DNA of 64,000 bases, from the NCBI GenBank assembly GCA_031409275.1, contig JANNXA010000044.1:1-64000 (forward strand), read 5' to 3'. The notes under the pieces were generated by a model. It made no database searches and had not been told where the DNA came from. It saw only the letters and a program-made list of their open reading frames with translations. A program made the translations under genes and the position numbers. Below, one piece after another: positions 29,792 through 37,713 of this stretch. Source of the DNA: Planctomycetota bacterium. GTDB taxonomy: Bacteria > Planctomycetota > B15-G4 > SIAN01. Numbering within the stretch: the stretch's first letter is position 1; the number at the start of each line of letters is the position of its first letter.

Positions 29792-30205
29792 TCACCGTCG
29801 CGGCGCGAGCTCCTCCAGCAGCGCGCGGACCTTGGTGCTGACGAGGTCGCGCACCTTGCGGAAGTCGGCGGGCTCGAGGTGCTTGGGGTCGGGGATCTGC
29901 CAGTCGAGGCGGCGGCTCGCCTTCACCAGGGGGCAAGCATCGCCGCACCCCATCGTCACCGCGACGTCGTAGTCGAGCGCCTCGACCTCCTTCAGCGACT
30001 TCGAACGGTGCGCGGCGAGGTCGTAGCCGAGGTCCGCCATCGAGGCGATCGCCTTCGGGTTCACGATGCCGGACGGTCGCGAGCCCGCCGACACCGCCTC
30101 CACCTCGAGGCCCATCTCGCGCGAGTGGAGCCGCGCGAACGCCTCGGCCATCTGGCTGCGGTTGCTGTTCTCGACGCAAACGAAGAGGAGTCGCGTGGGA
30201 GCCAT
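29792..30205 (-). CDS. arsC: Arsenate reductase ArsC / LMW-PTP family
   Basis: LFVCVENSNRSQMAEAF, SAGS.P, TMGCGDACP, W.IPDP. Confidence 0.85.
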   Translation of the reverse strand: MAPTRLLFVCVENSNRSQMAEAFARLHSREMGLEVEAVSAGSRPSGIVNPKAIASMADLGYDLAAHRSKSLKEVEALDYDVAVTMGCGDACPLVKASRRLDWQIPDPKHLEPADFRKVRDLVSTKVRALLEELAPRR

Positions 30206-30232
30206 GGCGCGAAGCCTACAGCGATGCGCCGC

Positions 30233-30982
30233 TCAACCGCGCGACGTGACCGGCTCGCCCCAGACGTCGCGCAGGAACGCGGCAAGTTCCGGGTCGTGGC
30301 GCAGCAGCTCGGCTTGCACGAACGGGAAGAAATCGTTGCAGCCGAACCACGCCTCGCTCGCCTCGGCGAAGTATTCGTCCGATGTGTTCATCGCGTAATG
30401 GCGAGTCGGCTCGCCATTCCAGTGCAGCACCTCGTCGTAGCGCCCCGACGCCTTCGCCGCCGCGAAGAGCTCCTCGAGCCGCGCCCCTTTCGAACCCGGT
30501 CCATCGCCCGCCGCGAGCTGCCGATCGTCGAAGCCGTGCGCCAGCTCGTGCAGCACCATCCACGGCTGCTCGCGCGTCCAGCTCACGAAGCTCGCCGCGC
30601 TCGCGATCTCGACCGCCTTCGCCTTCTGCGGGTCAAAGCCGTTCTCGCGCAGCCACTCGGGGGAGGGGTGGTAGCAGGCGCACGGCGCCACCGGATCGTC
30701 GACGCCGAGCCAGATCGCGATGGTGCGCAGCTGCGCCAGCGGCTCCGGGCGCACCTTGCGCTCGATCTGCGCGAGCTGGCAGTCGAGCTCGGCCAGCGCT
30801 TCGTCGCCCAGCGGCTTCTGCGCCGCGAGCAGCCGTTCGTCCACGTGGACGGTGAAGCCGCGGCGTGACGTGGTCACGTAGGTCGTCTCGACGCCTTTCG
30901 AGCGCGTCACGACACGCTCCTCGCCGCCGCTCAGAAGCACCGCGAACAGGCCGATTCCAATCGCGCGCATCATCGTCGTCAT
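30233..30982 (-). CDS. Secreted zinc metallopeptidase (HEXXH gluzincin, anthrax-LF/MtfA-like)
   Basis: ACYHPS, VLHELAHG, YAMN..EYFAE.SEAWFG.NDFFPF. Confidence 0.88.
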   Translation of the reverse strand: MTTMMRAIGIGLFAVLLSGGEERVVTRSKGVETTYVTTSRRGFTVHVDERLLAAQKPLGDEALAELDCQLAQIERKVRPEPLAQLRTIAIWLGVDDPVAPCACYHPSPEWLRENGFDPQKAKAVEIASAASFVSWTREQPWMVLHELAHGFDDRQLAAGDGPGSKGARLEELFAAAKASGRYDEVLHWNGEPTRHYAMNTSDEYFAEASEAWFGCNDFFPFVQAELLRHDPELAAFLRDVWGEPVTSRG

Positions 30983-31082
30983 CGCTACCTTCCCGCTCCG
31001 CGTGTCGCTGCCGCCCGCCGATGCTCACCACGATTCATGCAGGGTCGAGCAGCGGCTCCCTCTTCGGCCGATCATCGACGCC

Positions 31083-32891
31083 ATGAGCTCTTTCGACAAC
31101 GCCGCGCTGGTGCTGGCCGCCGCCGCCATCCTCGTCTTCCTGCTGCATCGGCTCGGGCAGAGTTCGATCGTGGCCTACCTGCTGATCGGCGTGGCGGCGG
31201 GGCCGTTCGCGCTCGACCTCGTGCCGTCGGGCGCCGTCGTCGCGCAGATGGCCGAGGTCGGCGTCGTGCTGCTGCTCTTCTTCATCGGCCTCGAATTCGA
31301 CGTCCGCCGCCTGAAGCGCATGGCGCGCCTGGCCACGCTCGGCGCCGCCGCGCAGTTGACGGCGACCACGCTGCCGCTGGCCGCGCTGGCGCGGCTGCTC
31401 GGCATCGGCTGGGTCGAGGGGCTCGCGCTCGGCTTCTGCCTGGCCGTCTCGTCGACCACCATCGCGATGCAGGTCTTCGAGGAGCGGCGCGAGGCCGACT
31501 CCCACGTGGCCAGCGAATGCGTCGCGTTGTCGATCGGGCAGGACCTCGCGGCGATGGCCGTGCTGGCGATCTCCGCGATGTTCTATGGCGCCGGCGGCGG
31601 CCACGGCGGCGCGCCCATCGGCGGCGCGGGCAGCTCGTGGCGAGCGTTGCTGCTGCTGGCGCTGCCGCTCGTCTTCCTGGGCGCGCGCTTCACCTTGCCG
31701 CGGCTGTTCCAGCGCATCGCGATCGCCAAGCACTCCGAAGCGTTCGCGTTGGCGAGTCTCGCCGCGTGCCTGGTGGTGGCGGCGATCGCCAATCAACTCG
31801 GCGCGAGCCTCGCGCTCGGCGCTTTCCTCGCCGGGATGGTCTTCGCCGACACGCCATTCGAGCCGCAGATCCGCGCCGATCTCGCCACCGTCAAGCGCCT
31901 CACGCTCGGCCTCTTCTTCGTATCGATCGGGATGCTGGTCGACCTGCCCGCGACGCTGCGCCAGCTGCCGCTGTTGCTGACCGCGATCGTCGTGATCGTC
32001 GTCGTGAAGACGGCGGCGGCGGCACTGACGCTGCGCATGCTCGGCCGGCCATGGAGCAGCGCGGCGGGCACCGGGCTCGCGCTGGCGCCGATCAGCGAGT
32101 TCGCGTTCGTGCTCGCCTCCTCGGCGGGCGGAGTCGCGCTCTTCTCGCCGTCCACGCAAGCGTTGCTGGTGCCGCTCGCGGTGCTGTCGATGTTGCCGGC
32201 ACCGCTGCAGGTCGCGTGGTCGATCCGTTTCGGCCATTGGTGGGGTCGTTGGCGCGGCGGCGCCGACCTGAAGCGGCGCGAGGTCCGGCGCGCGCGCCAG
32301 GCGGCCGCAAGCCCACCGCCGCCCAACGAGGCACCGGCGCCGCTCGCCATCGTCGTCGGCTATGGCCCGGTCGGCCGCACGCTTTGTCGCATCCTGCTGC
32401 GGTTGCGCGTGCGCGTCGTCGTGATCGACTTCAACAGCACGACCATCGAGCGCCTGAAGAAGCTCGATCGCGATGCCGTGTTCGGCGATGCCAGCCAGCG
32501 CGATGTGTTGCGGGCGGCGAAGATCGACGTCGCCAAGTGGCTGGTGGTGACGCTGCCCGATCATCACAGTCGCACCGCCATCGTCGCCACGGCGCGTTCG
32601 CTCAAGCCGCGGCTCAACATCCTGACGCGCGCGCGCTACCTCGACGAACGGGACGCGCTCGAACGCGTCGGCGCCGACTCGATCGCCTACGAGGAGGCAG
32701 AGGTGGCCGTCGAGCTCGCTCACCTGCTGATGCGGCAGCTCGAGATCGCGCCGGCGCTGCTCGAGTCCGAGGTGCAGGCGATCCGGTCGGAGATCTCGGT
32801 GCGGACCGGATTCACGTTGGTGTTGCCGGCGACCCAGAAAGTTGCAGCGCGTTTGCCGCCGTCGCCACCGCCGGACCCGCCGGCGAAATAA
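31083..32891 (+). CDS. CPA2 cation:proton antiporter with TrkA-N (KefC/YbaL-like)
   Basis: AEVGVVLLLFFIGLE, SSTTI, QDL, LGAFLAG, FFVSIGM, SEFAFV, VGYGPVG. Confidence 0.93.
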   Translation: MSSFDNAALVLAAAAILVFLLHRLGQSSIVAYLLIGVAAGPFALDLVPSGAVVAQMAEVGVVLLLFFIGLEFDVRRLKRMARLATLGAAAQLTATTLPLAALARLLGIGWVEGLALGFCLAVSSTTIAMQVFEERREADSHVASECVALSIGQDLAAMAVLAISAMFYGAGGGHGGAPIGGAGSSWRALLLLALPLVFLGARFTLPRLFQRIAIAKHSEAFALASLAACLVVAAIANQLGASLALGAFLAGMVFADTPFEPQIRADLATVKRLTLGLFFVSIGMLVDLPATLRQLPLLLTAIVVIVVVKTAAAALTLRMLGRPWSSAAGTGLALAPISEFAFVLASSAGGVALFSPSTQALLVPLAVLSMLPAPLQVAWSIRFGHWWGRWRGGADLKRREVRRARQAAASPPPPNEAPAPLAIVVGYGPVGRTLCRILLRLRVRVVVIDFNSTTIERLKKLDRDAVFGDASQRDVLRAAKIDVAKWLVVTLPDHHSRTAIVATARSLKPRLNILTRARYLDERDALERVGADSIAYEEAEVAVELAHLLMRQLEIAPALLESEVQAIRSEISVRTGFTLVLPATQKVAARLPPSPPPDPPAK

Positions 32892-32973
32892 GAGCGCCTG
32901 ACAGAACGGGCGCGTCGCACCGAGATCGAGCGAGGCCGCCGGTCGAGCGCAGCGGACGTTCTGTTCGGCGCTC
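32892..32973. repeat. Short palindromic (MITE/REP-like) element
   Basis: gagcgcctgacagaacg / cgttctgttcggcgctc inverted repeat (15/17), directly after the TAA stop. Confidence 0.45.
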
Positions 32974-33054
32974 GAAGCTGTCACCGCGGCTGTCGACACT
33001 CACTACTTCGTGACAACCGCAAAGAGACGGGGGCTCTACCGAGAGGACACTCTC

Positions 33055-33489
33055 GTGACGACTCCCAATGTTCCAGAGTTCCTGCTGCTCGATGGGCGCC
33101 GCGTCGATCTCGCGGCGCGCCGCATCGACCCGTGGCCGCTGAACCTCCCTGACGCGCGGGCTGCGCCTGCTGGACGACTCACGCGAACGGAGGTGGCGAT
33201 CCTGCGCCTGCTCGCGTCGCATGCACCTTCGACGGTGTCCCGCGACGAGATGCTGCGCGTGCTGTGGAACCTCTCCGCACGCAGTTCGCGGACGCTCGAC
33301 ACCCACATCACGCGGCTGCGGCGCAAGCTGGAGGAGGACCCCGCGGCGCCGCGTTTCCTGCTGACCGTCTACCGGGTCGGCTACCGCCTCGAATGGCCGC
33401 GGGAGCTCCCCCAGGCCGACCACCTGCCGCGACCGGGGGCGAGCAACGGCTACTTCGGCCACTCCAACAGCGCGTCCGCGTCGCCGTAG
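33055..33489 (+). CDS. Stand-alone OmpR/PhoB-type winged-helix DNA-binding protein (no receiver domain)
   Basis: LTRTEVAILRLL...VSRDEMLRVLW...RTLDTHITRLRRKLE.DP..PRFLLTVYRVGYRL. GTG start after GAGG. Confidence 0.88.
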   Translation: MTTPNVPEFLLLDGRRVDLAARRIDPWPLNLPDARAAPAGRLTRTEVAILRLLASHAPSTVSRDEMLRVLWNLSARSSRTLDTHITRLRRKLEEDPAAPRFLLTVYRVGYRLEWPRELPQADHLPRPGASNGYFGHSNSASASP

Positions 33490-33539
33490 TTTCCCTGCCG
33501 TGCGGGTCTCCACTCCCCCGCCGGCGGGAGCGAGACGCC

Positions 33540-34628
33540 ATGAACGTGAAGTTGACGAACGCCTTGGTGTTGATGGGACTGACGGCGCTGCCGATCGCAT
33601 CGCCGTGGATCGACGACGCGGCCACCGCCGCAAAGGGCGGCGACGTGGCCGCGCAGGTCCGCGCGCTTGGAAGCGACGACGCGGACACTCGCCAGGCGGC
33701 GTTCGACGCGCTCGAGAAGATGGGCGAAGCGGCGCGTCCAGCGCTGGAGCAGGCCAAGAAGAGCAGCGATGCCGAGACGCGCTTCAGTGCCGCGCTGCTG
33801 CTCGATCGACTTGACGGTCGCAGCGGCACGCGCGACCGCGCCATGGAATCGGTCGGCGGCGGCCGCGGGTGGCTGCGCGACGCGGAAGAGAACGACGACC
33901 GCGCCGACCCGGCGCAGGAGTCGAAGCCGCAGCGCGGCGTGGTCCGCCGCAGCCACCGCGCCTGGCCCGCTCCGTTCGACCCGACCGAGCTCGAACGGCA
34001 GATCGAACAGATGCACCAGGAGATGCTGCGCCGCCTGAACGACGTCCGCAACGGCGTGCGTCCTTCGAGCGAGCAGCACTCCGCGCGACAGTCGATGTCG
34101 ATGCGCATCGATGCCGATGGCCGTGTGGTCGCCGACGTGGAGCGTGACGGCAAGCGCGAGCACTACGAAGCGGACTCCGTTGATGCGCTGCGCGCCGAGC
34201 ACCCCGAGCTGTTCGAGAACTTCGGAGAGTTCTCGCTTCAGGACGCGCCGCCCATGCGCGGCGTCCCGCAGTGGCGCGGCGCAGCGCGCCGGCCGTTGCA
34301 GATCGAGACGCCGCGTGGCACCACCGATCGCGAGCCGCAGGATGCGACTCGCCCGCGGCTCGGCGTTCAGGTCGAGCCAGTTCCCGAGGCGGTCGTCGAC
34401 TACCTTGAACTCGAAGACGGGGTCGGCCTCCACGTGGTCGACGTGGTCGCTGGCAGCACCGCCGAGACGCTCGGGATCCGGCGCAACGATCTGCTGGTCG
34501 AGGTGAATGGGCGCACCATCCGCGGCATTGCCGACGTGCAGGCCGCGCTGGGCAAGGAGTCGGCGAAGAACACGGCGAAAGAGACCCATGTCACCGTGCT
34601 GCGCAAGGGAGTGAAGCTCGAGCTGTGA
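33540..34628 (+). CDS. Secreted HEAT-repeat + PDZ domain protein
   Basis: Signal peptide, LGSDDADTRQAAFDALEKMGEAARPAL, RLGV...GSTAETLGIRRNDLLVEVNG. Confidence 0.85.
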   Translation: MNVKLTNALVLMGLTALPIASPWIDDAATAAKGGDVAAQVRALGSDDADTRQAAFDALEKMGEAARPALEQAKKSSDAETRFSAALLLDRLDGRSGTRDRAMESVGGGRGWLRDAEENDDRADPAQESKPQRGVVRRSHRAWPAPFDPTELERQIEQMHQEMLRRLNDVRNGVRPSSEQHSARQSMSMRIDADGRVVADVERDGKREHYEADSVDALRAEHPELFENFGEFSLQDAPPMRGVPQWRGAARRPLQIETPRGTTDREPQDATRPRLGVQVEPVPEAVVDYLELEDGVGLHVVDVVAGSTAETLGIRRNDLLVEVNGRTIRGIADVQAALGKESAKNTAKETHVTVLRKGVKLEL

Positions 34629-34768
34629 GCCGGGTGCGCCGTCACCGCAAACTGCGCACGCCCCAGCCGACACTCACGGGATCAGGACGGTCGCTGCCAC
34701 TGCCCGGCGGCGACCGTCAGCTGCCATCACGCACGGGGAACGGGCCCGCCTGACGCCGTTCGCCCCCC

Positions 34769-34820
34769 ACGTCCGCGTCGCCGACACCCTGCGGCGGCGC
34801 GGACGTTCCTTTCTTCTTCA
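34769..34820 (+). terminator. Intrinsic terminator
   Basis: acgtccgcgtcgccg...cggcggcgcggacgt hairpin followed by tcctttcttctt. Confidence 0.6.
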
Positions 34821-34960
34821 TCTGGCGGTGCGCACCTTCCTTTCCGTCCGCGCGCTTACTAAGACGCAGCGGCCTTCGCGTTCGACGCGACGCGCGCGAC
34901 CGCCTCCCGGTCGCTCATGTTGTTCGTGTTCTCCTGCTTCTTCCCGCGATATCGGAGCTG

Positions 34961-35671
34961 ATGGTGCACCAAGACACGTTGCTGGGGTTCGAGCGCGCGA
35001 TCGCCCTGGCCCTGATGAAAGTTCGCGAGCTCTACGCCGAGGGCGCGTTGCCGCCGGTGCTCGAAGCGCTGACCCTGATCGCGCCGCCGCGCGGCTTCGC
35101 AGCCAATGTGGAGCTGCGCCCCTACACCGACCACGCGCGCCAGGACGAGTGGCAGCGCGATCCCTCGTGGGATCCGCGCAACGGCGAGGTGCACCTCACC
35201 TTCGAATCGTCGCGCGACGACGGCAGCGCGCGCCCCAAGCAGGACGATCGCCCGCGACTCGAGCGCGCGCCGCAGGTCGAGCGCCATGACCACCGCGCCC
35301 CCGAAGTCGCGCCGCCCGATCCCGAGCAGGCGCTCCTCGACGTGATGGGCGTCGTCGCCCACGCCGAGGCCGATCCCGCCTTCAAGTTCCTCGCGCTCAA
35401 GTACCTCCGCGATCAGCTGCTGCCGCGCCAGGTCGCGTGGGGCTTCCTCCAGAACGAGGCGCAGATCCAGATCAACCGCGCCATCGACGCCGGCCTGCTG
35501 GTCACCGGCAAGGTCGAGAACCCGCGCATGCCGCAGTACCCGGTCACCGCAGTGGCGCTCAATCGCGAGCACCCGCAGGTGCAGGCGCTGCTGGCCTCGC
35601 TCGGTGGTGGCGCGGCGACCACGAACGCGGCGACGAAGGCCGCTCCCGAAACCGACGACGAGCCAAGCTGA
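34961..35671 (+). CDS. Hypothetical protein, possible C-terminal winged helix
   Basis: GGAG RBS and strong codon bias; C-terminal INRAIDAGLL...VENP...VTAVALNREHPQV. Confidence 0.75.
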   Translation: MVHQDTLLGFERAIALALMKVRELYAEGALPPVLEALTLIAPPRGFAANVELRPYTDHARQDEWQRDPSWDPRNGEVHLTFESSRDDGSARPKQDDRPRLERAPQVERHDHRAPEVAPPDPEQALLDVMGVVAHAEADPAFKFLALKYLRDQLLPRQVAWGFLQNEAQIQINRAIDAGLLVTGKVENPRMPQYPVTAVALNREHPQVQALLASLGGGAATTNAATKAAPETDDEPS

Positions 35672-35797
35672 GGCGAGCTGAGGCCACCGCGCGGTCGCCC
35701 GTCAGCGGCAGGGCGCGGCACTTCGCAGCGGGTTTCGCCATTCCAAGGGTCGGCCAGCGCCATCCGCGCTCGCCCCCAAGGAATCGGAGGACCCGAC

Positions 35798-37552
35798 ATG
35801 ATCGTGAAGCACATGCTCGCCGGATTCGTGGCGACCGCGGCCCTCGCCGCCGGAGCGGCGGCCGCGGTCGAGAACTACCCGTACCAGTACGACGTCCTCG
35901 GCAACAGCCTCACCTTCCAGCCGATCGACGTCGCCGTCAGCGCGCCGATCGGCGTCAACGTCAACTGGCTGAACCACTACCTCTTCGTCGTCGACGGCGC
36001 GACGAACGAGTTGCAGCGCTTCACGCTCGACTCGACGGGGGATCTGGTGAGCCAGGTGCCCGCCGTCTGGTTCAGCGATCCAAGCGGCTCGACGCGCGTC
36101 ACGGCCGTCGCGCTCGACGACAACACCGCCTCGCCGACCTTCGGCTACGTCTACCTGGCGACTCAGGACCTCAACACGTCGCTCTGGACGCTGCGCACCT
36201 TCGACAGCTTCGGCACGCCCGGCATCTGGAGCCAGGACCTCATCGGCTGGCAGGACATCGTGGCGCTGGCCGTCGACAAGCACGGCGATGTCTACGTCGC
36301 CGACGCCGGACTCGGCCGCACGTTTCGCTACGCCGTCAACCAGTTTTCGACCTGGCTCAGCTTCCAGTTCATCGCCGCGAACGCGACCTTCATGCCCTAC
36401 AACCCGATCCCGGCCGACGTCACCGTCACCGAGAGCGACCTCGTCCTCGTCGCCGACCAGTCGGGGACGCTGATGGCTTCGAATCGCAACGGCACCGACT
36501 TCTTCAACCGCTCGCTCGGTGTGCCGCTGATCGGCTCGCTCAGCATCGACGCGCATGACGCGAGCGAGCGGTTGTGGGCGCTCGATCCGCCGGGCCCGGC
36601 GACCAGCTCGTTCGGCGACCGCTTCTTCTTCCCCTCGTGCTACGCCGGCAACGGTTTCGGCAACACGGTCGACGGCCAGACCGATCCGAGCGGCCCCGGC
36701 CTGCTCGGCGCTCCGGTCCGCGTCGAGTTCGCCCGCTTCTTCGACAAGCTCCCGACCGTCACCAATCCGCGTTGCAGCGAGCGCGTCTTCGTCGCCGACC
36801 CGAAGGGGAGCCGCGTCGTCTCCTTCCTCGTGCAGCAGGTCGCTCGCCAGCCGTCGCCGAAGCCCTCCGCGTGGTGGCGCTTCGACGAGCTCGGCGCGAC
36901 CGTGCTCGACTCGTCGGGCAACAGCAACACCGGCACGTTCGCGCCGTGGATCCCGGCCGCTCGCGAGGAGGGGATGGTCAAGAACGGTCTCGTGTTCAAC
37001 GACTTCGGGGACGGCGTCAAGGTACCGAGCTCGCCTTCGCTGAACGTCGGCATCGGCAGCTTCACGCTCGAATGCTGGGTGCGCACCTGCGACACGCGCG
37101 CGGTCCGTGACCTCGTCGACAAGCGCCTCATGTCGGGCCCGAACGCTCTGGCCGGTTACGCGCTCTACCTCTTCAACGGCTACCTCTCGTTCCAGATCGC
37201 CGCGAACGGGACCTGGTGGAACATCGGCACGGCGCCCATCGCGGCCGGCTTCGTCGCCGACGGCCTCTTCCACCACATCGCCGTCGTCGTCGATCGCGAC
37301 GCCTCGAGCCCGAACTTCAACAAGCTCCTCTTCCACGTCGACGGCGCGCTGGTGGGCCTGCCCGTCGCGATCCCGGCCACTGTGCTCGGCAACCTGAGCA
37401 ACAACCGGCCGCTGTTGATCGGGCGCCATCCGGTCTCGGGCGAGGCGCAGGCGCTGAAGGGCGAGCTCGACGAGATCACGCTCTTCAAGCAGGCGCTGTC
37501 GACGGTGCAGATCCAGAAGATCTTCGCGGACCGCGGCGCCGGAAAGCCGTGA
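35798..37552 (+). CDS. Secreted NHL-like + LamG protein, paralogue of 27389..29161
   Basis: GGAGG RBS and signal peptide. Shares PADVTVTESDLVLVAD, CSERVFVADP, CWVRTCDTRAVR and NGYLSFQIAAN with the paralogue. Confidence 0.9.
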   Translation: MIVKHMLAGFVATAALAAGAAAAVENYPYQYDVLGNSLTFQPIDVAVSAPIGVNVNWLNHYLFVVDGATNELQRFTLDSTGDLVSQVPAVWFSDPSGSTRVTAVALDDNTASPTFGYVYLATQDLNTSLWTLRTFDSFGTPGIWSQDLIGWQDIVALAVDKHGDVYVADAGLGRTFRYAVNQFSTWLSFQFIAANATFMPYNPIPADVTVTESDLVLVADQSGTLMASNRNGTDFFNRSLGVPLIGSLSIDAHDASERLWALDPPGPATSSFGDRFFFPSCYAGNGFGNTVDGQTDPSGPGLLGAPVRVEFARFFDKLPTVTNPRCSERVFVADPKGSRVVSFLVQQVARQPSPKPSAWWRFDELGATVLDSSGNSNTGTFAPWIPAAREEGMVKNGLVFNDFGDGVKVPSSPSLNVGIGSFTLECWVRTCDTRAVRDLVDKRLMSGPNALAGYALYLFNGYLSFQIAANGTWWNIGTAPIAAGFVADGLFHHIAVVVDRDASSPNFNKLLFHVDGALVGLPVAIPATVLGNLSNNRPLLIGRHPVSGEAQALKGELDEITLFKQALSTVQIQKIFADRGAGKP

Positions 37553-37575
37553 GCGCCGCGCCCGCTGGATCGCAC

Positions 37576-37617
37576 GCGCCGCCGCCCGCCGCGAGGAAGC
37601 TCCGGCGGGCGGCGGCG
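37576..37617. terminator. GC hairpin downstream of the LamG gene
   Basis: cgccgccgcccgccg...cggcgggcggcggcg stem. Confidence 0.5.
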
Positions 37618-37713
37618 TTCCAGGCCGACGATTTGACACCGCACAAGAGGAGCACACTGCCGCGCGCGCCCCGCCCGCAGTAGCGTGCCCGCCGCGCTTC
37701 CCCCTCTCCGTTG

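Noticed and set aside
29792..30205. Arsenic-resistance operon
   Set aside because: No arsR, arsB or acr3 nearby; the gene is a lone ArsC-like protein.
37633..37660. Perfect TTGACA -35 box upstream of DUF2339
   Set aside because: No acceptable -10 element at 16-18 bp spacing.
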